From positions 130,132 to 194,131 of the forward strand of contig CAZNNM010000005.1 in the NCBI GenBank assembly GCA_964574415.1: a stretch of 64,000 bases of DNA, given 5' to 3'. Positions within the stretch are counted from its first letter, which is position 1. The number at the start of each line of letters is the position of its first letter. The notes beneath the pieces are model-generated. The model worked only from the letters and a program-made list of their open reading frames with translations, had not been told where the DNA came from and searched no databases. Positions 1 through 9,101 of this stretch are shown piece by piece. Made by a program: the position numbers and the translations under genes. The stretch comes from an uncultured Rickettsiales bacterium. Lineage in GTDB: Bacteria > Pseudomonadota > Alphaproteobacteria > Rickettsiales > CAZNNM01.

Positions 1-770
1 AACTCGCCCAAAATTTCGCACGTGATGTGGTATTGCTGAAACAAATCGGCATTAACCCTATCGTTGTGCATGGCGGCGGCCCACAAATCGGGAAAATGCT
101 GGAGCGTTTAAAAATCCAAAGCTCCTTCATCGATGGCTTGCGTGTAACCGATCAGGCAACGGTTGAAATTGTAGAGATGGTACTCTCCGGCTCTATTAAC
201 AAACAAATCGTAAGCTCTATTCATGCCGCTGGTGGCATGGCGATGGGCCTGTCTGGAAAAGACGGTAACCTCATCGAAGCCCGCAAAATCCGCCGCACGA
301 AGAGCGATCCTGATTCCAACATTGAAAAAATCCTCGATTTAGGCTTCGTGGGTGAGCCTTCTATGGTGAATCCTGATATCCTAGTTGCCCTTGAAGAATC
401 CGACATCATCCCTGTCATTGCCCCCATTGGTGTGGGCGAAAACGGTGAAACCTTCAACATCAATGCCGACACCGCTGCCGGCGCGATTGCTTCTGCACTT
501 GCTGCCAGCAAATTGCTGATGTTGACCGATGTACCAGGCGTACTCGATAAAGACAAAAACCTCATCAGCGAACTCACTATGAGCGAAGCACGCCGCTTGA
601 TTAAAGACGGTACGATCAGCGGTGGCATGATTCCGAAAGTGGAAACCTGTATGCATGCGGTTGAGCATCACACCGATGCTGCCCACATCCTCGACGGCCG
701 CATTCCGCATGTCCTGTTGCTAGAAGTCTTTACAGAACACGGCACAGGGACTATGATTCATGAAGGGTAG
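1..770 (+). CDS. argB: acetylglutamate kinase, 5' end cut by the window edge
   Basis: The frame is open from nt 3. Motifs [23 protein letters not shown] and [10 protein letters not shown] are typical of amino-acid-kinase family ArgB. Confidence 0.9.
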   Translation, partial: LAQNFARDVVLLKQIGINPIVVHGGGPQIGKMLERLKIQSSFIDGLRVTDQATVEIVEMVLSGSINKQIVSSIHAAGGMAMGLSGKDGNLIEARKIRRTKSDPDSNIEKILDLGFVGEPSMVNPDILVALEESDIIPVIAPIGVGENGETFNINADTAAGAIASALAASKLLMLTDVPGVLDKDKNLISELTMSEARRLIKDGTISGGMIPKVETCMHAVEHHTDAAHILDGRIPHVLLLEVFTEHGTGTMIHEG

Positions 771-805
771 TAGCCAATCATAGGTTGTGTTATTACAGAG
801 TTTGT

Positions 806-904
806 TGTCATTGCGAGGCCACAACGTGGCCGTGGCAATCCAGGAGCGTATCTCTCTGTCCTTTAAATAGGCCCTGGATCGCCGCGCTTACGCTCGCGAT
901 GACG
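806..904. repeat. MITE-like nested-hairpin intergenic repeat (GTCATYGCGAG...GGCRATCCAGG arms)
   Basis: Left arm is tgtcattgcgaggccacaacgtggccgtggcaatccagg. Right arm is ccctggatcgccgcgcttacgctcgcgatgac. The arms are inverted relative to each other and each is itself a hairpin. Same architecture and a similar central tctctgtc..ttt..aaa segment as 52380-52477. Confidence 0.85.
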
Positions 905-922
905 ATAGATATGTGGGGAAAT

Positions 923-2269
923 ATGGCCTATCATTATGATCTTATCGTTATAGGTGCCGGATCTGGAGGCGTTGCAGCCAGCCGTCGTGCGGCGTCCTAT
1001 GGCGCCAAAGTCGCTATTATAGAAGCCGATCGCGTTGGCGGCACCTGCGTGATTCGAGGCTGCGTTCCCAAGAAATTACTGGTTTATGCATCAGAATATG
1101 CTGAAATCCTGGAAGAATCAAAAGCCTATGGCTGGCAATTCCAAACAGAGCCGCATTTTGACTGGCCTAGCCTGATTGCCAGCAAAGACCGTGAAATTGA
1201 CCGTCTCAACGGCATTTATCTCTCCATGCTCGAAAAAGCCGGCGTCACTCTTATCAAAGGCCATGCCACCATCAAAGATGGCCATACTGTCCAAGTCGGC
1301 CAAAAAGTGCTAACCGCCGAACGCATCCTGCTTGCCCCTGGCAGTATACCCGATATGCCGAGTATCCCTGGCATTGAACATGCCATTTCTTCGAATGAAG
1401 TCTTCTACTTACCAACATTCCCTAAGCATATTGTGATTGTAGGTGGCGGTTATATCGCTGTTGAATTTGCCGGCATATTTAACGGCATGGGCGCAAAAGT
1501 AACCTTGCTTAACCGTGGCGATGCACTGCTGAAGAATTTCGATAAAGAACTCGGCACAAAACTCACCGCCGCCATGCAAGCCAAAGGCGTTGATATCCGT
1601 ATGCGCACCATCCCGACTGCCATTATCAAACATGATGGCGGCCTGGCTGTGACACTCACAGATGATAGCACTTTACATGCCGATCAAGTACTGTACGCCA
1701 TCGGCCGCAAACCCAATACGGACTGGCTCACCGCCCCAATCGAGCGCAGCAAGCGTGGGGCGGTTATAGTAGACGAATGGTCACAAACCTCGATTCCGTC
1801 TATCTATGCTGTAGGCGACGTCACTGAACGCTTGGCGCTCACCCCTGCGGCCATTTATGAGGCACGCGCTTTTGCCGACACCGTCTATGGCAACACCCCA
1901 CGCCCCGTAAACTATACGCTCATCCCCACCGCCGTCTTCAGCCAGCCAGAAGTGGCGACCGTAGGCCTAGGCGAAGAAGAGGCGCGCAAGCGTTATGCTA
2001 AGATAGATGTCTACGCCACGGATTTCCGCCCGATGAAACACGCCATGGGCAATCGCAATGAGCGGTGCTTTATGAAACTGGTCGTGGATGCGGAAAGTGA
2101 TCGCGTTTTAGGCGCGCATATGATAGGAGAACATGCGGGTGAAATGATACAGACCCTAGCAATCGCCCTCACCTGCGGTGTCACCAAAGCACAATGTGAT
2201 GCCACCCTCGCCATCCACCCTACTCTGGCAGAAGAATGGGTTTTAATGCGTGATAAGCGCCAAGTTTAA
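923..2269 (+). CDS. gor: glutathione-disulfide reductase
   Basis: YDLIVIGAGSGGVAASRRAA FAD fold, redox-active GGTCVIRGCVPKK, C-terminal AIHPTLAEE. Start moved to the ATG at 923 because the 785-922 extension runs through the repeat element and is Cys/Trp-rich nonsense. Confidence 0.85.
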   Translation: MAYHYDLIVIGAGSGGVAASRRAASYGAKVAIIEADRVGGTCVIRGCVPKKLLVYASEYAEILEESKAYGWQFQTEPHFDWPSLIASKDREIDRLNGIYLSMLEKAGVTLIKGHATIKDGHTVQVGQKVLTAERILLAPGSIPDMPSIPGIEHAISSNEVFYLPTFPKHIVIVGGGYIAVEFAGIFNGMGAKVTLLNRGDALLKNFDKELGTKLTAAMQAKGVDIRMRTIPTAIIKHDGGLAVTLTDDSTLHADQVLYAIGRKPNTDWLTAPIERSKRGAVIVDEWSQTSIPSIYAVGDVTERLALTPAAIYEARAFADTVYGNTPRPVNYTLIPTAVFSQPEVATVGLGEEEARKRYAKIDVYATDFRPMKHAMGNRNERCFMKLVVDAESDRVLGAHMIGEHAGEMIQTLAIALTCGVTKAQCDATLAIHPTLAEEWVLMRDKRQV

Positions 2270-2312
2270 CACGCTCCATTCTTTATGAACCATTTCCAAA
2301 GATACTACAATC

Positions 2313-2858
2313 ATGGGATGGATGGAATATGCCATGGAAAACAAGGATTTCTTTAACCATCTCGTAGACGATCTTCAAAAGGAAATAGCACAAATGCTAG
2401 ACGCAGCACAAGCGCAGCATTTCTATACGAGCGTTAGCAAATACCTGAATGACTTACAGACGAACGATCCTCGTATTGTCGTTTTACACACCAATCAGCA
2501 ACCGCTTACCGCAAAGCTACAAATCTTAGATGTAGATAGCAGCGTCACAACATTGCCCGATCTTAGAGCCTATAAAGACCTCTGGGCCATACGGATCCGC
2601 AGCCATACCCTCACCGCATTTCCTGATCTTCCAAAGAATGTGCGCCTTCTCGATATCACAGCTCTCAAGACCCTATCTATAGACCATCACAACGTGCCTT
2701 TTGATACAGAATCCGCTATAGGACAAGAGATCATCAAGAAACTCGCGGCTATGCAAACCTCTGGCCGTGGCTTTCTTTTAAAAGCAGACCCTGCCATAAA
2801 AAATGCTGTTGATGCTCAAGCACAACGCAATGTCCAAAGTTTAGGATACGATATCTAA
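2313..2858 (+). CDS. hypothetical protein with 2-3 leucine-rich-repeat-like units
   Basis: ORF of 181 aa. It shows about 22-residue periodicity: LQILDVDSSVTTLPDLRAYKD / LWAIRIRSHTLTAFPDLPKNVR / LLDITALKTLSI. I recognise no other family. Confidence 0.5.
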   Translation: MGWMEYAMENKDFFNHLVDDLQKEIAQMLDAAQAQHFYTSVSKYLNDLQTNDPRIVVLHTNQQPLTAKLQILDVDSSVTTLPDLRAYKDLWAIRIRSHTLTAFPDLPKNVRLLDITALKTLSIDHHNVPFDTESAIGQEIIKKLAAMQTSGRGFLLKADPAIKNAVDAQAQRNVQSLGYDI

Positions 2859-3659
2859 GCACGCCTCAAAGGACTCACAGCTACGGTTAAACAATATCAC
2901 CGCGCTGCCAAACTCCGCCTTAGCTTCTGCCTTAATGGGCAGAAGCTTGGCATCGTCACTGAAATAGACATGCACCATCGGCTCTTCTTTGAGTTGTTTT
3001 AATTCCTTTTGCGAAGCACCCGCTTCGTAGCGGCGGTTGAAGCTGATATGGATGACCTTATAGGTGGTTTTGCCGATAGAAAGATCCTGCCGGCCATGAA
3101 TCGTGACAGGAATCGTATAACGCCGTCTACCATCATAGACCGGTAAATCCACTTTACCTGGGTTACCCGTTGCGACATAAGACTTCAGCACCTCCCGCAC
3201 TGAAAACGCTGCCGCCAGCGCATCCATACTGCCATTCTTCAACGCTTGTGGCACAGGCGGACGTTTGCCAGGACGTTCAGCTGGAGTCATGGTTTGTTCT
3301 ATGAGTTTTCCTTGCGTATTATAACGCAAACTTACCGTACGCTGCTTGGATTGCACCTGCCCCCAACCCGAAAAACGCTCAGGATGCACTTTACCTTTAG
3401 CATCTACCCGAAAACGGCTACTATTCTCACTGCGGTATTTGGTCAGCCAATAGAGCATGCCTTTTGAAAAAATGTGGATTTTAAAATCATAGAGGCTGTT
3501 CTTTTCCTGAATATCGGCTACCATATAGCCCACATTCATCCCGCCCCAGAAGAGATCATAACGGTTGGTAAGCACCGGCTTATCCCACTGACGTGCAACG
3601 CTTTGTTGCGGGATGATCAGTGCTATAAATGATAGTAATACAATTATCTTTTTCAGCAT
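2841..3659 (-). CDS. secreted hypothetical protein, possibly DUF3108-like
   Basis: N-terminal signal peptide MLKKIIVLLSFIALIIPQQSVA. The beta-rich composition and size fit DUF3108-type periplasmic proteins. The family assignment is from memory only. Confidence 0.55.
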   Translation of the reverse strand: MLKKIIVLLSFIALIIPQQSVARQWDKPVLTNRYDLFWGGMNVGYMVADIQEKNSLYDFKIHIFSKGMLYWLTKYRSENSSRFRVDAKGKVHPERFSGWGQVQSKQRTVSLRYNTQGKLIEQTMTPAERPGKRPPVPQALKNGSMDALAAAFSVREVLKSYVATGNPGKVDLPVYDGRRRYTIPVTIHGRQDLSIGKTTYKVIHISFNRRYEAGASQKELKQLKEEPMVHVYFSDDAKLLPIKAEAKAEFGSAVILFNRSCESFEACLDIVS

Positions 3660-3729
3660 CTTGCATCCTTAAAGGACTATACCCATATTACTCTATAGGT
3701 GAGTATATCATGAAAAAGGGGAAAAAACG

Positions 3730-6336
3730 ATGAAGTTTGATATTTTTACAGAACGTTCTCGCGAATTGATCCAAGCCGCCCAAAGCCTGGCCGTGGCCAG
3801 AGGGCATCAGCGCTTTACCACCGAACATGTGCTACGTGCGCTTTTGGATGATGAAGAAGGGCTGACAGCCAATCTAATCAACGGTTGCGGGGCCAATCCT
3901 GGTGATATTAGCGACCAGTTAGACATGGCCCTCAAAAAACTCCCCGTCGTACAAGGCGCTGGCGCGGGGCAAATCTACCTGCTACCCGAAACCGCCCGTG
4001 CATTGGAAGAAGCGCAAAACATCGCCAAAAAAGAGCATGATAGTTTCGTCACCGTTGAACGCATTCTGCAAGGTCTTGCTATTCTTGATAAACAACACCC
4101 AACCCCAACGGCTACCATCCTCAATCAAGCAGGCGTAACCCCACAAAAACTCAATGAAGTGATTTCCGCCTTACGCAAGGGCCGCACAGCGCATTCGGCC
4201 ACAGCCGAAAGCCAGATGCAGGCGCTGAAGCGTTACGCTAAGGATATCACCGCCGCTGCGCGTGAAGGCAAGCTTGATCCGGTGATCGGCCGTGATGAAG
4301 AAATCCGCCGTGCGATGCAAGTGCTTTCGCGCCGGACTAAAAATAATCCTGTGCTTATCGGTGAACCAGGTGTCGGCAAAACAGCCATTGTCGAAGGCTT
4401 AGCGCTACGTATGGTGGCAGGCGATGTACCAGAAAATCTCAAAGACAAAAAACTCATGTCCCTTGACCTCGGCGCACTGATTGCTGGCGCCAAATTCCGT
4501 GGGGAATTTGAGGAACGGTTGAAATCCGTGCTATCCGAAGTCAATGCCTCCAATGGCGAGATTATTCTGTTCATCGATGAATTACACACATTAGTAGGCG
4601 CAGGTGCGGCGGAAGGGGCAATGGATGCCTCCAACCTCCTCAAACCCGCTCTAGCACGTGGTGAACTGCATTGCGTGGGCGCAACAACACTTGATGAATA
4701 CCGCAAACATATTGAAAAAGATGCCGCCCTGGCGCGTCGTTTCCAATCGGTGTTTGTGTCTGAGCCAACGGTGGAGGAAACCGTTTCTATTCTCCGTGGC
4801 CTGAAAGAGAAATACGAAGTGCATCATGGTATCCGCATTACCGATAGCGCCCTCGTCTCTGCCGCCACATTATCGCATCGTTATATCACCGACCGCTTCC
4901 TACCGGACAAAGCCATCGATTTGATTGATGAGGCAGCCAGCCGTTTGCGGATGGAAGTGGATAGCAAGCCGGAAGAAGTCGATGAACTCGACCGTAAAAT
5001 CATCCAGCTTAAAATTGAGGCAGAAGCTCTCAAGAAAGAGACGGATAAACCCTCACAAGACCGCCTCGAAAAGCTTACCAAAGAACTATCAGTCCTCGAA
5101 GAAAAATCTGCTGATTTGACCAGCAAATGGCAGGCAGAAAAAGCACGTCTACAAAACGCCCAAAAACTCAAAGAGCAATTAGACAAAGCCCGCAACGAAC
5201 TTGAAATTGCACAGCGCGGTGGAAATCTCGCACGTGCTGGGGAATTAACCTATGGTGTGATCCCAGACTTAGAGAAGAAACTCCAAGACGCCGAAGCCGC
5301 CTCAGGCAGTCGTATGTTGCAAGAAGCCGTGACGGAAGAAGATATCGCCAGCATCGTCTCCCGCTGGACAGGTATCCCTGTCGATAAAATGCTTGCTGGT
5401 GAACGCGAGAAATTGTTGAAGATGGAAGAGCATTTGCGCAGCACCGTCATCGGCCAAGACGATGCACTCCGCGCCATCAGCGATGCTGTCCGCCGCGCCC
5501 GCGCTGGCCTGCAAGATACCGACCGCCCACTCGGCTCCTTCCTGTTCTTAGGCCCGACAGGGGTTGGTAAAACCGAGCTGACCAAGGCATTGGCACAATT
5601 CATGTTTGATGACAAACAAGCCTTGCTGCGGATTGATATGTCAGAATACATGGAAAAGCACGCCGTAGCACGCCTCATCGGCGCGCCTCCAGGCTATGTG
5701 GGCTATGAAGAAGGTGGGACACTGACCGAAGCAGTACGCCGTCGCCCCTATCAGGTGATTCTGTTTGATGAAGTGGAAAAAGCCCATCCGGATGTGTTCA
5801 ACATCCTACTGCAAGTGCTCGATGAAGGTCGTCTCACCGATAGCCAAGGCCGCACGGTAGACTTCCGCAACACCGTTATCATCCTCACCTCCAACCTAGG
5901 TTCGGAAGTGCTTTCTGAGCAGAAAGAAGGCGAGGATAGCAGCCTGGTGCGTGAACAAGTGATGGAAGTCGTCCGCCGTGCTTTCCGCCCTGAGTTCCTC
6001 AACCGCTTGGATGAGATCATCCTCTTCCACCGTTTGGGCCGCAAGCATATGGATGCGATCGTCGATATCCAAATCGCCCGCCTGGCCAAAACCCTGGCAC
6101 CACGCCACATCACCCTACATCTAGACGACAAAGCCCGCACCTGGCTCGCCGAAGCCGGCTTCGACCCCATCTACGGCGCCCGCCCTCTCAAACGCGTTAT
6201 CCAGCGCGAATTGCAGAATAAACTGGCACAGAAGATTCTGGAGGGGAGTGTGAATGATGGGGATGTGGTGGAGGTGAGTGCGAATGAGACGGAGTTGGTG
6301 ATTTCGGTGGGAAGAACCAAAAAAAACGCAGCCTAG
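3730..6336 (+). CDS. clpB: ATP-dependent chaperone/disaggregase ClpB
   Basis: 868 aa with two AAA+ modules ([15 protein letters not shown] and [15 protein letters not shown]), a long coiled-coil middle domain and the Clp N domain. Confidence 0.97.
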   Translation: MKFDIFTERSRELIQAAQSLAVARGHQRFTTEHVLRALLDDEEGLTANLINGCGANPGDISDQLDMALKKLPVVQGAGAGQIYLLPETARALEEAQNIAKKEHDSFVTVERILQGLAILDKQHPTPTATILNQAGVTPQKLNEVISALRKGRTAHSATAESQMQALKRYAKDITAAAREGKLDPVIGRDEEIRRAMQVLSRRTKNNPVLIGEPGVGKTAIVEGLALRMVAGDVPENLKDKKLMSLDLGALIAGAKFRGEFEERLKSVLSEVNASNGEIILFIDELHTLVGAGAAEGAMDASNLLKPALARGELHCVGATTLDEYRKHIEKDAALARRFQSVFVSEPTVEETVSILRGLKEKYEVHHGIRITDSALVSAATLSHRYITDRFLPDKAIDLIDEAASRLRMEVDSKPEEVDELDRKIIQLKIEAEALKKETDKPSQDRLEKLTKELSVLEEKSADLTSKWQAEKARLQNAQKLKEQLDKARNELEIAQRGGNLARAGELTYGVIPDLEKKLQDAEAASGSRMLQEAVTEEDIASIVSRWTGIPVDKMLAGEREKLLKMEEHLRSTVIGQDDALRAISDAVRRARAGLQDTDRPLGSFLFLGPTGVGKTELTKALAQFMFDDKQALLRIDMSEYMEKHAVARLIGAPPGYVGYEEGGTLTEAVRRRPYQVILFDEVEKAHPDVFNILLQVLDEGRLTDSQGRTVDFRNTVIILTSNLGSEVLSEQKEGEDSSLVREQVMEVVRRAFRPEFLNRLDEIILFHRLGRKHMDAIVDIQIARLAKTLAPRHITLHLDDKARTWLAEAGFDPIYGARPLKRVIQRELQNKLAQKILEGSVNDGDVVEVSANETELVISVGRTKKNAA
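6184..6336 (+). repeat. direct repeat copy 1 (functional clpB 3' end), partner at 8899-9051
   Basis: Manual codon-by-codon alignment with 8899-9051. The two copies have the same length, and the 68-nt core 6217-6284 is identical to 8932-8999. Confidence 0.9.
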
Positions 6337-6400
6337 CTATTGATTTATATTAATTATCTCTGTACTTAAGAAAATAGTTGTATTTTATATTCATTAAGGT

Positions 6401-6445
6401 ATCATACGCCCATAAAGTTTAATTATTAACTTATGGGCGTATGAT
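6401..6445 (+). promoter_or_regulatory. perfect 15-bp inverted repeat abutting the start codon of the island operon
   Basis: atcatacgcccataa (6401-6415) pairs with ttatgggcgtatgat (6431-6445) across a 15-nt AT loop. The ATG of the next gene is at 6446. Confidence 0.6.
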
Positions 6446-7612
6446 ATGAGCACACAAAAGCACTTTCCCTCTGAATTAACAGAACGTTATACCGAAATAT
6501 TTACCTCACAAACTCAAGATACTCTGGTTTTTTGTGATCCTGGCATTGATGATGCATTAATGCTGGCACAGGTTCTCTCTTCTAAGAAATTGAATGTTCT
6601 TGGTATTGTACCTGGCGCTGGAAATGTTTCTCTTGATAAAACAATCGCTAACACATTGCGTATTGTAGAACTAACAGAACGTACAGATGTTAAAGTATAC
6701 CCAGGATGTAAAGCACCTATCGGCCAAAGCACTGAAAATATGCTTAATGGCGAACAAGTATACGGTGAAGATGGGCTTGGCGGCATTCCATTCAAAGCAC
6801 TTACCACACAAGCACAAACACAAGATGGTGTTGAATTTGCTGCAAATGCTATTCTTACAGCTAAAAAACCTATTACTCTTATTTCCACAGGCGGTTTGAC
6901 CGACGTATATCTCACTCTAGCAAAAATCAAAGAAATCAACCCAGCAGCATTAAAAAATATTGCTGGAATTTCTATTATGGGCGGTGTGTTTGATTATAAA
7001 GCAAATGCCAATGCACCATTACATGTAAATCCAGCAGACCGCGTTGCAGAATTTAATATGATCTTTGATCCTATTGCAACTAAAGGCGTATTCGATATTG
7101 CAGCAGAAGCACATATTACCATCTTGCTTGCTCCATTAGACCTAACCCACACTACCCTCTACCGCAAAGAAAAAGAAACCAAAGCACTTGGCGAAGTTGG
7201 CAACCCTGTTGCTACCGTCATGGCAGATTTGATGATGCAAGTGCCAGTATGGTATGAGGCACGTTTTGGTTTAGCAGATGGCGGTATGCAGCCTGCACAT
7301 GATGTGAATGCAAGCATGGCAATTCTGCACCCCGAGCTTTATACTGGCAGATGGGCCAATGTACGCTCTGTTCTGGATGGGACAGAAGTAGGCAAAACAT
7401 TTGAAGTTGATGGCGGCCCACAAAATGTGTGCATTCTGAATATTCCAGCAGAACGCAACGCAGGCTTCTTTACAGCATTTAATACTGATATGAAAGCATT
7501 TGATGCGCTCAAAGAAAAATCACATCTGCCTTCAGACCATAAGCCCAAAACTGCTCAAGACATTCTTACTCTTGGCAAAGGCAATACTTCTAGCTTTGCT
7601 CAAACACTGTAA
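6446..7612 (+). CDS. inosine-uridine-preferring nucleoside hydrolase (IUNH) family protein, variant motif, C-terminal extension
   Basis: LVFCDPGIDDALML corresponds to DxDxxxDD with the first Asp replaced by Phe. Also GEDGLGG, AEFNMIFDP and QPAHDVN, which align with RihA-type catalytic segments. Confidence 0.8.
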   Translation: MSTQKHFPSELTERYTEIFTSQTQDTLVFCDPGIDDALMLAQVLSSKKLNVLGIVPGAGNVSLDKTIANTLRIVELTERTDVKVYPGCKAPIGQSTENMLNGEQVYGEDGLGGIPFKALTTQAQTQDGVEFAANAILTAKKPITLISTGGLTDVYLTLAKIKEINPAALKNIAGISIMGGVFDYKANANAPLHVNPADRVAEFNMIFDPIATKGVFDIAAEAHITILLAPLDLTHTTLYRKEKETKALGEVGNPVATVMADLMMQVPVWYEARFGLADGGMQPAHDVNASMAILHPELYTGRWANVRSVLDGTEVGKTFEVDGGPQNVCILNIPAERNAGFFTAFNTDMKAFDALKEKSHLPSDHKPKTAQDILTLGKGNTSSFAQTL

Positions 7613-7633
7613 TATTTTTAAAAGGATACTATT

Positions 7634-8767
7634 ATGTCAAGACAACATTATGATTTAGTCATCAGCCTCATTGAAGAAGCAAAACAAGCGTTTATTTCTG
7701 GTGAAGGCACAACACCTGTTGTAGGTGATGTTGAACTTTTTACAAAAGAGGTGGATGGCAAGATCTATAAATTCTTTGGTATTGCGAAAGATAAGCAAGC
7801 CACAACTGATTACACAGCAGTGCGTAGCCATATTCTTCAAGAAATGGGATTAGCACAAGAAACTAGGACATTGCAAATCATTGGCGACTCTGCGCAATAC
7901 AACCCTGAACAATCCAAATTCATGCAGAAGTATTTCAACGAGAAAATGCAAAAATCATCACATGATGATGAATTAGTGATCTATGGTTATACAAGCCGTT
8001 ATAAAGACAACTCATCTGAGAAAACAAAAGGCAGAACAGAAGTAAATGGCTTGGTGAACTACTGGGTTGACCAAAACCCAGAACAAGCTAAACGTGTGCT
8101 AGCAAACGTGGTTTGCTTCCATACACGCCAAGCACTGACAGAAAGTGGCAAAGTTATGTCTGGCTCTACCACCGATAAAGGCTGGGGCTGTGATACATCT
8201 GAACATGTGACCAACTTTTTCCTGGTATATGATACAAAAGGAAAAGGAGCTACATTTGGTGATGACACCATTTCTTCAGATGAATTGACCGATAAATGCT
8301 ATACCTACGAAGGTGGCATCCAATCTTTCCGTCAAGGTGGCTATATGGCAAAACGCGGTAAGGAGCTTAAAGGTGTTTCTGGCCTGCGTGGCGAAAAAAA
8401 TGTTGGCTGTTTTGTTCCGCAAGAAGATGCCTATAGAATATTCTTCTCAGCACCTGAATTCTTTGCTCTTCTGCAAGCGCGTACAGCTGCAAAAGGCTCT
8501 GAGTTAACCCCTGACGAGGTAACCACCATTCGTGATGAATATGTTGCAACAAACTACCAAGATGCACTTGCAGATAAATCACGCCGCGTATTAACAAACC
8601 CACATCGCGATGATGCTGCAACCAAAGATGGCTTATTCAAAGAAGGCTGGGCTGATTTGATGAAAGAGGAGGGCTATAAAGCTGTACAACAACACTTTAA
8701 AGGTAAAACCTTTGAAGAGTTAGTAGCTAAGACGGCGGCTAAAACATCAGCCACACAAAGCCTCTAA
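7634..8767 (+). CDS. hypothetical protein (orphan), co-transcribed with the nucleoside hydrolase
   Basis: 377-aa ORF starting 22 nt after the upstream stop, with an AAGGA Shine-Dalgarno and followed by an intrinsic terminator. No family recognised. There is a weak Rossmann/SLOG-like pattern (ELVIYGYTS ... KCYTYEGGIQSFRQGG). Confidence 0.7.
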   Translation: MSRQHYDLVISLIEEAKQAFISGEGTTPVVGDVELFTKEVDGKIYKFFGIAKDKQATTDYTAVRSHILQEMGLAQETRTLQIIGDSAQYNPEQSKFMQKYFNEKMQKSSHDDELVIYGYTSRYKDNSSEKTKGRTEVNGLVNYWVDQNPEQAKRVLANVVCFHTRQALTESGKVMSGSTTDKGWGCDTSEHVTNFFLVYDTKGKGATFGDDTISSDELTDKCYTYEGGIQSFRQGGYMAKRGKELKGVSGLRGEKNVGCFVPQEDAYRIFFSAPEFFALLQARTAAKGSELTPDEVTTIRDEYVATNYQDALADKSRRVLTNPHRDDAATKDGLFKEGWADLMKEEGYKAVQQHFKGKTFEELVAKTAAKTSATQSL

Positions 8768-8792
8768 TACTCTTTTCTCATTGATGTTAAGG

Positions 8793-8825
8793 AAGCGCTC
8801 AGAAATTTTTCTGAGCGCTTTTTTT
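8793..8825 (+). terminator. rho-independent terminator of the island operon
   Basis: aagcgctcag / ctgagcgctt 10-bp stem, 8-nt loop, followed by a T-run. Confidence 0.8.
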
Positions 8826-8840
8826 ACAGTATACATTCCT

Positions 8841-8870
8841 TCTTATCTTATCTTATCTTATCTTATCTTT
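8841..8870. repeat. pentanucleotide microsatellite (TCTTA)x5 plus degenerate units
   Basis: tctta repeated five times at 8841-8865, then tcttt, tctcc and tcttg. Confidence 0.9.
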
Positions 8871-8898
8871 TCTCCTCTTGCTCAACATACAAAAAATA

Positions 8899-9051
8899 CC
8901 CCTCAAACGCGTTATCCAACGTGAGCTGCAAAATAAACTGGCACAGAAGATTCTGGAGGGGAGTGTGAATGATGGGGATGTGGTGGAGGTGAGTGCGAAG
9001 GAGGCGGGATTGGTGATTGCGGTGAGGAGAACGACGGCGAAGGTGGCGTAA
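8899..9051 (+). pseudogene. orphaned clpB 3' end fragment (last 50 codons plus stop)
   Basis: Translates to [50 protein letters not shown], colinear with the ClpB C-terminus. There is no upstream ORF in frame. Confidence 0.85.
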
Positions 9052-9101
9052 ATTGTCATACACCGACTTGCAGGGGGTAGCATCTCACTCGCACTGAGAT
9101 G

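Noticed and set aside
785-922. 46-aa N-terminal extension of the gor ORF. There are similar extensions on dadA (19546-19737), dsbA-like (24335-24388) and ctpA (44069-44119).
   Set aside because: The gor and dadA extensions run through intergenic hairpin repeats. None of the four extensions matches the conserved N-termini of these families. Internal ATGs give canonical starts (YDLIVIGAG, MKILILGSG, signal peptides).
8853-9083. Two minus-strand ORFs (66 and 76 aa) over the clpB fragment
   Set aside because: They are antisense to a sequence whose plus-strand frame is clearly the ClpB C-terminus, and they have no coding features.
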